A DNA stretch of 64,000 bases, taken from NCBI GenBank assembly GCA_964016885.1, contig OZ024741.1, forward strand, positions 97,836,001-97,900,000. Reading direction: 5' to 3'. Shown piece by piece: positions 39,516 to 55,915 of the stretch. The stretch's first letter is position 1. Every line of letters begins with the position of its first letter. The stretch comes from Eledone cirrhosa (Eukaryota). A program made the position numbers and the translations under genes. The notes under the pieces were generated by a model. It had not been told where the DNA came from. It made no database searches and worked only from the letters and a program-made list of their open reading frames with translations.

Positions 39516-42500
39516 GGCGACCTACGTAGTAAATCGTATCATCGTGAGCTCCGCAAAGGTTTGTTATTTCCGTTTGTTAAAAATTGCCATTTATGGAAAA
39601 TTTTTATTGTTAACTATATATAAGCGCACATACATTGTTTTCCGAAAAGGACACCCAAAAAGATTGGGGCCTTGTGCCCCAAAATTTAAACTTTTATGAT
39701 TATCAAAAAATTTCTTTGAAAAAAAAATGGCTAATTCACCACTGCACCAAACAGCTGAAAGACTTTCTCACAAATTAACACCTCACACCGACACCGCCAT
39801 TGTAAATGATTATACGTCTTCCAACACAAACAATTAAAGCACTAGCAATATTTTAAATTTGTCTCAGGCAGACATTCATTTCCCGCCATTACCAATGACT
39901 GCAGGTGTTAAAGCCGCCACCACCACCACCACCGCGACAACCCCCACCCCCACCAGCACGCGACAACAGAAACAAAAGGAAAAAATAAATCAACTCGTGA
40001 TGTCGAAATATTTTCAACCAAAATGGACTCTCCCAAACCGACTTTCACTGACGTCACCACCACCACAACTGAAACTAAAATTAATAATAACAAAAATAAC
40101 GATAGCAACAACAACAACAATGACATTAAAAAAACCACCCTGAGTTTTGCCAGAGGAGCAAAACAGTTCGAAACATTTACGGTAACTCAGCCTCAACCCC
40201 CCCCCCCCACACACACACACATACACACCTAATAAAATGGAGCATCGGCGCCTATGCACCGTGTCGTATCGAACAATAAATGTAAAATCGCGCCGAGTGG
40301 AACGGGTATCCGAGTCCCAAATCCAAAAAGCTTTGGGACATGTGTGGGAAAGAAAAACCCACATCAGACGTGGGCAGAAGTTTGGAACCGTGGACGTGTT
40401 CTTTGAAACACCAGAGGAGGCTAGAGAACACTCCATGACCCCATTAAGAAGTGACGACTTTACACTCGTCCCAAGCTATTGTGGCCAGAGACTCGTAAAG
40501 ATCAGGGTGACCCACGTTCCACCGGCCATCGAAATTCCCTGGCTAATAGCGGCCGTCCTCGCCGGCATCGAAGCCAACACAAAGATAATAGCAATAGCAA
40601 AAGAAAAGCAGGAGAACTGGTCCGGATCTGGGATGGAGCTCCTGATCCAAGCGGACAAAAAAAGCATTGAGGAGATCCCAGAGGTAATAGACCTCATTGA
40701 CGGCAGCCACCTCACCGTAATTGTCGAGGGCAGAAGGCCTAGGTGTGTCGTTTGTGGTGAAGGAACCCACCTAAGGGCTTTCTGCCCTCAGGCTAAAAGG
40801 TTGAGGCCACCTCTCCTACCCACTCCAGTGACACAACCATCAACACCACCAGTAGCAGAGATGGCAGCAACAACTGTAGCAGCAACAACAGAAGAAACTA
40901 TAACAGCAACAACCCCAGCAACAGTAGCAAAACCAACCCCACCACCACCAGCAAAACCAACACCACCACCACCCAACGCTTCAGAACTAGCACCAGCGCC
41001 TACACCATCCACCACGCCACAACCAAAACTAACGCCTGTGGAGGATTTTCCACTCCACAGCCTATCACAACTGGAGACAGATTGTGACGACGAGGAGTGG
41101 GAAATGGTATCAGGAAAAAAAAAAAGAAACCAAAAAAGAAAAAAATTATCTCCCTTCCCCCTCCAAAAACAAAATACAGAGGGAAACAAATAAATTAACA
41201 AACAAAAAACTTAGGACACATATGCCACGATCCACACCAGCATCACCAACCCCATCAACCCAAACACCAACACCATCACCATCATTAACCCCAACACCAC
41301 CATCACCTACACCACAAAAGTCACCAAAATGCGAAACAAACAAACCCACAACAAACGCAAACAAAACAAAACAACCAAAACGATACACACTACAGAGCAT
41401 TAAATTTGAACTACAAGCAATTATTACACTACATCCAACACAACACCAGCATCACAGAAAAAGACTACACAACAACCCAAAAATGCACACAACCTCCACA
41501 CATACAAATCACTCGCATCACACAGAAAACGTACATGACACTAAAACAAAAATTCCCCAAAGACATCGGAGACTTCCGACAAACACTCTCCAGGAGGATT
41601 TATAAGGACAACCTTCCCGAGGAAGCCACAAGCAGTGAAAAGGATGGAAAAACCGTCCTTCCCCTACGAGAAGTAAGGTAAGTGGTCTTTCCCATCTTTT
41701 CCACTCCTTTTCAACATGACCTCACTCAGAATAGGCAGCATAAATGTGCTGCTTGGGGTCGTCATGGAAGCAGGGCCACCTGCTCAACGACCTCAGGTCA
41801 CTAAACATAGATATAGTGGCCATCAGCGAGACCAGAATCTCCGAAGCACGGGCCTTCGCACCGATCTTCGGCGGCTACGATGTGTACGGATCTCCCAGCC
41901 GTCCGGGATCGGGGGGAGGAGTTGCTGTGCTTTTTCGGAGAGGTTTGGATCTTGCCATACGGGCCATCTTCCTGGACCCAGAAGGTAAGTTGGTGGTGCT
42001 GGACGTGACCAGCGGAGAAGGGCAAGCTTTCAGTTTAGTGGCCGTCTATGCCTCGACAGGAGCAGGGCCGCCTGATTTCTTCCGGCGTCTGGAGACCTTT
42101 CTTGGAACGTCCCGCTCTTTCTTGTTAGTGGGCGACTGGAACGGGATCTTAGATGCACGCTGGGATTGTGTGGGATTAGTGGATAGAGAAGGATGGTGCA
42201 AGAGTCTCACCAACCTGCTCAGGCGTTTTGAACAGTATGACAGGTACCGAATGGATTTCCCGAATGTACCAATGTGGACTTGGACAAATCGGATAGGGTC
42301 ATCCAGATCCTATCTAGATAGAGTATTTTGTAGGGAAATAGATAGGTCTAGCATAGGCTGTCCACAATTCAAGATAGTCAGCTACACGGACCACAAATTC
42401 GTGATCTGTGTGCTTGACTTAGATAGGCTTCATAGACGAGGACCCGGCTACTGGAAGCTGAACGCGTCCTTACCAGCGCGCAAGGCCTACAGAGACCGGA

Positions 42501-44607
42501 TTAGCGAACTAGTTAAGCGGGCGTTGTCGGGGGCCATCGTCACAAACAAGTGGTGGTTTGCTCTGAAAAGAGCAATTAGAATAGAGTCCATTAGGTTTAG
42601 TAAGGCTTTAGCAATAGAGAAAAATAGAGCAGAGGGAGAATTAGTTAGAAAATTAGACGAGGCGCTTAGCAAAGGCATCGCGACCGACGTACTTGCGGCG
42701 AAATTGGCCCTTGACCAATTCTTCAATGGAAAGCACGAAGGCTGCGTTGTCAGAGCTAGTGTGCGTGCTCTCAGAAACGAGGGGACGAAAGCTGTTCAAT
42801 GGGCCCGAGTGGCGGAGGCGCGTCGTGGCAATAAAGCCACGATCCGGTCTTTGGTGGACCACGACGGGCGCATGCTACTCGATCCCGAGCAAATGTGTGA
42901 AGCTTTTCAGCGACACTTTGCTCAACTGTTCCGGGGCAGTGGCGGGCCGGATCGAGGGATGGTCTTTAGTGTCTACCTCGACGGACTGCCGCGGCTTTCG
43001 GCAATTGAGGCGGAGTGTTGCGAAAAGCCGATAACAACCGCTGAAGTACGGGAGGCAATGACTGGCTGCACAAGGGGTAAATCGCCTGGTTCAGATGGTC
43101 TGCCCTATGAACTTTACGTACAAATGCCAGACATGTTCGAAGGCCTCTTGGCGGACGTCTACTGCAACTGGCAACAGAACGGGAGAATTTCCAGCTCTGT
43201 GAGCCAAGGAGCGGTGGCGCTGCTGAGAAAGGATCCGAACAAGGGGGATAACATAGATAATTTTAGGCCCATAACTCTGCTAAACACAGAGTTCAAGATT
43301 TTGGCCAAGGTGCTAGCAAAGAGGTTGGCGCTTGTCGTTGGTGGTCTGGTGGGAGAGGCACAGACATGCGCCATTCCCGACAGATCCATCCACGACAACC
43401 TCCACCTCATGCGATACATCGTAGAGAGGGTAGCTAGGGAACCTGGCACGGGCCGGTCTTTGATCAATTTAGATAAGTCGAAAGCCTTCGATAAGCTCGA
43501 CCATCGTTACCTAGCGGCAGTCCTGAGGGCGGCTGGCTTTGGGCCCGTCTTCAGAGGCTGGATCGCTGCCATGCACAGCGACATCTGCTCTGAAGTGAGA
43601 GTGAACGGTCACCTTTCGGAACCGTTCAACATCATGCGCTCGGTCCGCCAAGGATGTCCCCTCTCGTCCCTATTGTACGTATTGACTCTCGATCCATTAC
43701 TGCACAAACTAGAGACGTTGAGGGGGGTCCTGCGCGAACTAGGATGCGGAAGATCCGTGTCAGCATATGCGGTCGATGTCACCGTAGTGGTGTCGAACGC
43801 CAAACACATCGAGGCGATCGGCACTACACTAAGAGAATACGAAGCGGTGACAGGAGCAATGATCAACCAGGAAAAGTCAGTGGCCCTGCAGCTCGGCACC
43901 TGGAGAGGCAGGTCCATGACGTCCAACAGCGTCGTCGGGCGCAGGACGGACGGACCGGTTAAATTGCTAGGGGTCTGGTTTGGTCCGGACCTCCAGACGG
44001 ACAAAAACTGGGACGAGGTGACGAGCAGGATGGCTTCTCTCACCCAGAAATGGGCCGAGAGGAACCTATCCCTGAAAGGTCGAGCGGAGGTGGCTAACGC
44101 GTACATCGCGTCCGTCATCTACTACCGCCTGACCGTCGTACTTTGTCCTAAGCTCCGCCTGACAGCGCTGGAGCGTTTGCTCTTTCGCTTCTTGTGGAAG
44201 GGACGCGCTCCGATGGTCAGGCGGTCCATCTGCTGTCAACACCCGCTACGTGGAGGGCTGGGCATGCCGTGGCTGATGATGCGCAGACACGCGCTCAGGC
44301 TACGACATCTCCACCTCTTCCTCGACGGTGATCAGGTGTGGTCGCCGTTTGCTACACACGTTTTTCCCCAGCTCGTCTCCTTGACGGAGCTGCAGTCCTG
44401 GGTCAAGCGAAGACCGAGAGGGAGCGCTTGGAGACTGGAATGTCTTCAGGCGCTCACAGCCCTCGACCAATCGGGCAATGTGGTCGGTGGAAACTCCACC
44501 TTGGCGTTCTATAGGGGATTAGTGGAGGGTAAGAGCGACGACATACTTGGAGAAACTCTAGGCGTCGACGAAAATCAACTAGCCAATCTCTTCGGAAGGA
44601 CTTTCGA
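39516..44607 (+). mobile_element. Tx1/L1-clade LINE B, 3'-truncated
   Basis: Starts GG right after (TTA)n. Homology to LINE A ORF2 stops at ~44607, before the C-terminal zinc finger. Confidence 0.9.
39727..41681 (+). pseudogene. LINE B ORF1 (CCHC knuckle), frameshifted
   Basis: RRGQKFGTVDVFF..., RRPRCVVCGEGTHLRAFCPQ, EWEMVSGKKKR and a Pro/Thr-rich linker. Confidence 0.8.
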
Positions 44608-44629
44608 AGTGAGAAACGTACTATTGTGA
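41716..44629 (+). pseudogene. LINE B ORF2 (APE endonuclease and RT)
   Basis: ATG at 41716 (MTSLRIGSINV), a frameshift near 41745, then ~960 open codons with GDWN, SYLDR, TDH, GKSPGSDG, NFRPITLLN and QGCPLS. The catalytic YADD reads YAVD. Confidence 0.92.
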
Positions 44630-45235
44630 GCTTGAGTTAATTTGCTGTCTTCCGTTTGCTTTAGCAGAATCAATAGGTATTTGGATCATGAAAGAGCATC
44701 GTGGGGAAACTATAGAACTTTCTACTTTAAATTATGTATTTTTTCCCGAACATTATTTGTAATATATGTGTGCAAAAAATGCTGTGTTTCTCACATAATG
44801 TATGACTCTTTCTCTCTCTAAATATACCTTTTAAAATCGAGAAAAAGCATATAACGATATGTGCTTTTACGATTCTCTAGAAAGGCCGGAAGATAGGTAA
44901 ATATTGCTGATGAGATGTAACAACATCGAAACTAGTCCAATATTCCTGTCTGGCTTTCTGGAGAATAGAGGAATGGTGTTTCCTCGAAAACCAGTATGAC
45001 TCTAAAAACCGGTTTGTCTGTGTGTTTACATACAGAATAGCTGGACACTCACAGTAAAGTGTCCAGTGAAAAACTCGGTACATCTACATATGTACACGTG
45101 TGTGTATTCATATGCATACTAGTATTTCAGTATACATATGTGGATGTACATTTTTAACTTAATTGTTTAAGCGTCAGTCATACAAAAGTGAGTTACAAAC
45201 GAAACGAAATTTAATTTCGTTTCGTTATTTGTTTT

Positions 45236-48162
<2,927 letters not shown>

Positions 48163-48164
48163 CC

Positions 48165-48460
48165 AACCGAGCTAATGGATGTTATCGAACGATCTTGCAC
48201 GTAGGTCTAACCTTATGTCTCCTCAAATTTGGTTTTCCATAGAAAATTTTACATGCGCTTCTTTCCACATTCTAACCCCATGTCCGTAATATCGGAGCTG
48301 TAATCTCTCAATTCGCAAAAGCAGGAACTCTATTTAGAGCGACTCTCTGGATTTCGCATATTATCGAGTAACGTTACTCAAAGGTCCCTTCGTATCCTTT
48401 TGGTCATTATCCAAAATGTACTATAAGGGTTTGCATGAATACCGAATTGAAGATAGCATG
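48165..48460 (-). mobile_element. Degenerate RTE LINE 3' fragment
   Basis: Similar to 1125-1210 (shared TTGCATGAATAC..ATT.AAGAT). Minus strand resembles LSSIRYSCKPL / WIMTKRIR. Confidence 0.55.
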
Positions 48461-49536
48461 CTTGACTTTTACACTGACAGCACCTGAAGTTCATTTATTA
48501 CTACTTCAGCTCGTGGGTTTGTTGAACTTAATTCATCTTCGTACCTTCCATCACTCGTGAAAACAGCCCCGAGTGAACTTTTCCATAAGAGAGTCGGGAT
48601 TGCGAATGCCATCGTCTCCAAATAAGGTGAATGGTTTGAATGCTGTTACTTAATCCGTATTGGGTTCTTGGTCAGTCAGGAATTCCCACTTCGGCTTGCT
48701 GTACATACACCAAATGTGATAACATTGAAGCAGCATTATCATAGTATCCTTATTCATAGTTTTTATGTTACCCATTTTACATGAACATTTTTTTGAAATT
48801 TCATTATATTATTTTCAATTCAGTATCACCTAAATCTTTTTTCACAAGTTAGATAAGAAAAATGCATTGTCTTGTCATTGTCAGATTTTAAAAAACATCC
48901 TTTTCTTTCCGCCAAAATACTTGCTGTCAATCTTCGCCCTAAAGATTTTGTAAACATTGCGAGTCTTTTCTTTTTTAATTCTTTGTTTCCTCCACGTAGA
49001 ATGCAACAAGCTCTTCATCTCATTTCCTAATACATGACAAATACGTCACTCTAGTTCTAAAGCACCTTTTATTATCTTTCCAGTTGTGAGCTTATTTGAT
49101 TGAAATAATCAAAACAAGTCAATCAACCATTTGCAATGAGTTACAGCTTTTTTCTTTATTCTCTGAAAGATCGTGTTGAAAGCATGAACCTAGAAAACAA
49201 AACTGATAATACACAAGCAAAAAAGGAGAGGAGAATAGCAGCTGCCAATGGAGTCCACAATGGATATATAATGTGACAAACATAATGCAAGTGCTTATAC
49301 GTAATGATACGGAAAGAGATTGTTGTGAAGATAAGTGAAATGCACAAAATATTCAGCATGTTTCACGTAATGTTTTTTATCAACTTTTCCTGTCATCAGA
49401 TGTACATGCCTTCTCGTAAATTTAATATTTTTATATATAGTCGATAGATAGATAGAAATATAAACAGACAGACAGATAGACAGGCAGGCAGACAGACAGT
49501 CATTTAGATAGATAGATAGAAATATAGATAGATAGA

Positions 49537-50355
49537 TTGTCCCGGTTCAGCTTAGCCCCTGTGAACATTTCGTACTCCTCCAGTAAGGTGCCGACCGCCT
49601 CGATCTCGGAGGCCGTCGACACCATTACTGTCACGTCATCGGCGTAGGCCGACACCGCTTTCCGCAATCCCGGTTCCAAAGGGATGCCCTGCAACAACTC
49701 CAACTTCCGCAGTAGTGGCTCGAGAGTCAACACATACAGAAGGGAGGAGAGAGGGCACCCTTGTCGGATGGACCGCGCGATTTTGAACGGCTCCGAGAGG
49801 TAGCCGTTCACCTTGACCCTAGAGCAGATGCGGCTGCTGTGCATAGCAGTGATCCAGCCCCTGAAAACGGGTCCGAAGCCTGCCACCGCTAGCACCGCAT
49901 CCAGGTAACCATGGTCGACCCTATCGAACGCCTTAGATTGATCCAAGTTGATCAGAGCCCCACCAAAGCCGGGTTCGTTCCCAACCCTCTCTATGATGTA
50001 TCGCATGAGGTGGAGGTTGTCATGGATGGACCTGGACGGGATAGCGCATGTCTGCGCATCTCTCACCAGGTTGCCCACGACAAGCGCCAACCTCTTTGCT
50101 AGCACCTTGGCCAAAATCTGTAACTCTGTATTTAGCAGAGTTATGGGCCTGAAGTTACTTATTTCGTCCCCCTTGTTCTCGTCCTTCCTCACTAGCGTGA
50201 CTACGCCCTTGGTCACAGTACAGGGAATTCTCCCGTTCTGTTGCCAGTTGCAGTAGTCCGCCTCGAGGAGATCGGGGAACAAGTCCGGCATAGCTAGATA
50301 TAATTCGTAAGGAAGACCATCGAGACCCGGGGATTTGCGTTTGCCGCATTGGCTC
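49537..50355 (-). pseudogene. Internal Tx1/L1 RT fragment embedded in (GATA)n
   Basis: KSPGLDGLPYELY, NFRPITLLN, LDQSKAFDRV, SIRQGCPLS and AYADD. Closely related to LINE A/B ORF2; GATA/GACA repeats on both sides. Confidence 0.92.
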
Positions 50356-50386
<31 letters not shown>

Positions 50387-50753
50387 GATTGAGAAAAAGA
50401 AAGCGATTAACGTTCAGAATGACGCGTTAGGCCAATCATTGAACGCAAAGCCGGAATTCGTTAGTGTTTGTTATTGGTTCTCTCTGTCTCTCCCTCCTTT
50501 CTTCACTCCACCCTCTCTCTATATATCTATCTACCTGTATATATACATTTTTAAGGCTAATTAGTGAGTCTCTCTACTTTGGAGTTCTCTCATGTGAGAA
50601 ACATGCGCTACTCCACAGTAACGACTCACTATTTGGACTTTAAATTAATAATAGAACTCTATTTCGGTAGTGAGTACTTTTTTCTCTTAGAAGTCAATAA
50701 CATACATATATATATATATATATGTGTGTGTGTGTATGTGTTGTGTGTGTGTG

Positions 50754-50808
<55 letters not shown>

Positions 50809-51229
50809 CATGTTGATCTGAATTCAATGAAGGTTATTTTTTTTTCACATTAAATTTATATCGCTATTCACAATTCATATAGTAATCAAAATAAAACATA
50901 TTAATATATAAACAATTTTGCCAATAAGATGCGAGTTAGTTGTACTGGTATGTAGAAATCTAAAATTCTTGATTCGATGAAAACTTCGAATGCATTTTTG
51001 TGGCTGTTTGGTTGTTGAAGACGTGCATTTTCTAGCAGTTCTCAAAATATTTAAAATGTTGCAGTGCTGGATGCTGTAGACTTTCGAAGACATTTTCATT
51101 GAACTTCTGGAGCGTTGCTTTTGACATGAGAGATCGTGTGTTGTCGTGTAAGAAGTTAGATACACAAAAGTGGACTATATTGCTTCAGTAAATATAGAAT
51201 ATCGCAAGCGTATATTTCAAGAAGACATT

Positions 51230-51880
51230 CTCTCTATTGTGGTATTTATACTGTCAGTAAACCTCAGGCCTTTTTATGCTGATGAAATATGAATGATATA
51301 TAATTGGCTCCCAGTAGACCAGAAATACTAAACTATCACGTAGCTTGTTTGTGGAAGACCTGAAAGTGTATGCCAAGAATATAAATGATATGAAGGAAAA
51401 CTGATCTGTTTGTGTCAATCTCGATATATTTATGGATGGATTTTGGCTAGGATAAATATTCGAATATGATTCTATAGCGTGGACCATATACAAGCCCTTT
51501 TAGCAACATCTTTATAAATACTCTGCACCTGACGAGGACTGCTAGTGGTACTTAGGTATATGTGAAAATATATCCTATGATAGAATGTGTAACAAGTAAC
51601 GTGTAACAAGGGAATAGAGCACCCGGAGAAGAAAAAAAATATGGTCATGGATATTTCTGCACACAATAAATCAGCAACGATATGTTTGCTGTTCCGGTGC
51701 TGATACCAACATTCCGACTACTTGACTGGGAGCTACATGAGATCCGAGACATTGATGTTAACACCTGAATGTTGCTAACCGGCACTGGAACATTTCACAT
51801 AGACATTGACATAAACTATAAATAGGAAGGCGTGGGTCTAACATCAGATTGGACAGCATTTGAATGCATGCATGTAGCAT
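51230..51880 (+). mobile_element. Highly degenerate R4-like RT fragment
   Basis: LFVEDLKVYAKN, MDFG*DK, SAHNK, FAVPVLIPTF..LDW...EIRDID and GRGL, collinear with the RT/thumb of the 29010-32402 ORF. Confidence 0.6.
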
Positions 51881-52041
51881 CATATCACTCCGACTAAATC
51901 TACAGACCACCACATGTTGGGAGAAGCTCCTTAAGAAATACTCCCTCCGTGATAACCAGAAACTCACAACCAGGAAGATTGCACCGCAACCACGCAATTA
52001 CTCCAAACACGAAAAGCTGCATACTTATTAGCAACAAAATC

Positions 52042-52185
52042 CTTCTTCTTCTTCTTCTTCTTCTTCTTCTTCTTCTTCTTCTTCTTCTTCTTCTTCTTCT
52101 TCTTCTTCTTCTTCTTCTTCTTCTTCTTCTTCTTCTTCTTCTTCTTCTTCTTCTTCTTCTTCTTCTTCTTCTTCTTCTTCTTCTT
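52042..52185. repeat. (CTT)n microsatellite
   Basis: Pure trinucleotide run of about 145 bp. Confidence 0.98.
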
Positions 52186-52994
52186 TCCTCGTTGTGACTG
52201 TATACCTTTTTTTATTTCTTCTACTGTATCTATCTAAATAACTATATATGTATCTATCTCTCCATGTATCTATATATGTGTATCTCTACTTCTCCGTAAG
52301 TCTATTTCTCTTTCTGTTTATCCCTCGGCTTACATATCGGCCTATTTGCCAGTTTTATCTACCTATCTTTCAATAATGAATAATTTGCAACGAAAGCATT
52401 TACTGAGAGGATCATCAGATGGTGAAACTGAAAATGAGATGCTAACAAATTCGATTTTGTTCTTTTAATATTTCAATTTTCTTTGTTGCTTTCCAAAATG
52501 TATATGTGTGTGTGAGTATGTGTGTGTGTATGTGTGTGCGTGTGTGTGTGTATGTGTGTTTGTGTGTTTGTGTGTGTGGGTGTGCGTGTGTGTGTGAGAG
52601 AGAGAGTAATATATATATTAGGATAGAACCAGTTTTAAAACTAGTTAGAACATTACTGAACAGTGTGTTTGATTCTTGGTATAGTTTAGTATGGCTATAT
52701 TATAAAGAGTCGGCACCCGACCGCTGAGATTTTACCATTTCAACAACTAGTTTGTCTGTACTGTTAGACAATCTTCACACGCATGCATAGATGCAGTGGG
52801 ACAGATTTACATTAATTATTCTATTCACTATAAGTATACCGATAAACAACAACACGATCTATATAAACTAATAAACGAAACCATATGATTTAGTAAGATG
52901 AATACGTTGAAAATCTTCTCCATTCAATGTGATGTTGTTGCTACAGTCAATTGGCATTTTAATACTAATTCCTGTGTATATCCCCTAACATTAA

Positions 52995-53212
52995 CCCTTT
53001 AGCATTTACATTACTCTATATTTACTATTTTATTTTCGGGTTAAAGTCTTTATCTTACATAATAATCTCACATAATATCGAATCTACGAGATTTAATTTT
53101 TTATTTTGAGAACAATACATTTTAGGTGATATGAGAAGCCAGTTACAGCCGCTTTGGACAGAGAGAGCTGAGAGAATTCTGGCCGGATATGGCCGGTTTA
53201 AATGCTAAAGGG
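52995..53212. mobile_element. piggyBac-type MITE
   Basis: TTAA on both sides (52991-52994 and 53213-53216). 14-bp TIR CCCTTTAGCATTTA / TAAATGCTAAAGGG. Confidence 0.9.
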
Positions 53213-54105
53213 TTAAGATAGTAGCACTTTGATGCTGAAATACCTGAAACGATAACTAACAAAACGTTTCTTAAGTACTCCAACTTATTTAACAATAATA
53301 TCCACAAAGATACAAAACAGTTTAATGTGAATTATTAAAGAAAACTATTTGATTTAACAATAACTTTATGTGATATCACACATATGCATGCACGTAACAC
53401 ACAACTGTAGATACCTCTTAGAAATATCAGCTTCGTATTCCTATTCTACCCGAACCAGTTGATCGGTTGTAGCTGAACTCCTTTTAAACCTCTTTAATTT
53501 TAATTGAGAGCCATGTTAACTGTATGCACGTTATAATATACAATTGTCTCTCAACATTTCGCACTATAGTCAACAGTTATTTTAGTGACGGTTAAGAACT
53601 TTTAGAATTGAAGAGATGTCACGTCTGTTTGATCATTGTGTTATTTTCACCTACGCTCACTGGTATTGTTCACTTTTCTTAATTCCTCACAAACTAACAA
53701 TCAGCCATTTGAATATATTTTAGTGTCTAAAAAAACACAGATTTAGTTGAGATGTGTACCATTTCCTAAAAATAAATCCGGTATGAAATGAACCGGTAAC
53801 ATTAACTGCATTTGTGTAATATCGCATACGCACACACTCACACTTTCATACAGATGCACAGGCAGACACATAAATACACACAAGTGCACACACACATATA
53901 TATAACCAACCATCCAACCGGAAATTTATAAATTCCTAAATTTATGAATTTAATTTATAATAAATGGAAGTGAAAGCAACTGGTGCGTGTGTTTCTTATT
54001 GGCAACATGACCCTCCGAAAGCATAACAATATCGGTTTCAACACACGTTTTCAGATAAAGAATCTTGCTAAACAAATTCAGAAACGAAATATGTATATAT
54101 ACATA

Positions 54106-54718
54106 CATGGTGGCTGCCAACTCGTTTTCGAGTACGGCCACTACTTTATATCCATGTAGGAGAACCCCTACCGATGCGCTGAACGAATGTGACTTTTTAG
54201 TCCAGCCAGCGACTTGAAAACTCTGGTACAAAGACTACACTTGTGACCATTATTGACACATAGTGCAGGGCCCATGGTACCATGTGATGACAAGTGCAGA
54301 GAGATCTCCAGATATATAAAGCAATGCCTGTGCTGTGAAGCTTTTATAGTGAGCAAAGGCACTGCACAAAGCCAGTCCCACTCTCTTAACCAAGATGATA
54401 TTTACCAAAAAGAAGAACAAGTCAACATCATTGGATACCATCAGGGTTGCAGGTGTTATATCAGAGTTTTCCTTCTCCTAGAATTCTGCCTTGACAAAGG
54501 CTAAGGGGTCATCTCTCCCGGTGATTTTGGATGGCCATTGACTCTTAAGAGCTCCTTTGCCCTTTGACAGGTTTTGTTTTTAGTCCTGCAGGATGTCCAA
54601 AGTCACCCTCCTCACCAAGAAACCTTGGTAGGGTTGCCAGTTTAGTCGCCAACGACCCGACCATGGGACAGGTTGTACTGGGATACATGTTACCAGTAGC
54701 ACCAACAGGTGACCTGAC
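54106..54718 (-). mobile_element. Non-autonomous RTE-derived short retroelement, copy 1
   Basis: Minus strand has the RTE-leader-like CTAGGAGAAGGAAAACTCTGA, a terminal C2H2 finger remnant [25 protein letters not shown], a short 3' UTR and a TATG tail. No RT. Confidence 0.7.
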
Positions 54719-54831
54719 ATATATACATACATACATATATACATACATACATATATACATACATACATATATACATACATACATATATACATACATACAC
54801 ATATACATACATACATATATACATATATATA

Positions 54832-54865
<34 letters not shown>

Positions 54866-55153
54866 CATATATATATACATACATACATACATATATACAT
54901 ACATACATATATACATATATATATACATACATACATATATACATATATATATATACATACATACATATATACATATATATATACATACATACATATATAT
55001 ATACATACATACATACATACATACATACACACATACACACATACATACATACATATATATATACATACATACATACATACATACATACATACACACATAC
55101 ATACATACATACATACACATATATATATACATACATACATACATATTCATACA

Positions 55154-55189
<36 letters not shown>

Positions 55190-55247
55190 TATATACATAC
55201 ATACATACATATACATACATACATACATATATATACATACATACATA

Positions 55248-55279
<32 letters not shown>

Positions 55280-55735
55280 CATATATATACATACATACAT
55301 ATATATATACATACATACATACATATACATACATACATACATATACATACATACATATATACATACATATATACATATATATATATACATACATACATAC
55401 ATATATACATATATATATATACATACATATATACATATATATATATACATACATATATACATATATATATATACATACATATATACATATATATATATAC
55501 ATACATATATACATATATATATATACATACATATATACATATATATATATACATACATATATACATATATATATATACATACATATATACATATATATAT
55601 ATACATACATATATACATATATATATATACATACATATATACATATATATATATACATACATATATACATATATATATATACATACATATATACATATAT
55701 ATATATACATACATATATATATATACATACATATA

Positions 55736-55767
<32 letters not shown>

Positions 55768-55844
55768 CATATATACATATATACATATACATACATACAT
55801 ACATACATATATATACATACATATATACATATATATATACATAC

Positions 55845-55877
<33 letters not shown>

Positions 55878-55915
55878 CATACATATATACATACATATAT
55901 ACATATATATATATA
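54719..55915. repeat. Compound (TACA)n/(TA)n microsatellite with higher-order periodicity
   Basis: About 1.2 kb consisting only of TA/CA units. A ~30-bp higher-order unit repeats through ~55400-55710. Confidence 0.95.
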
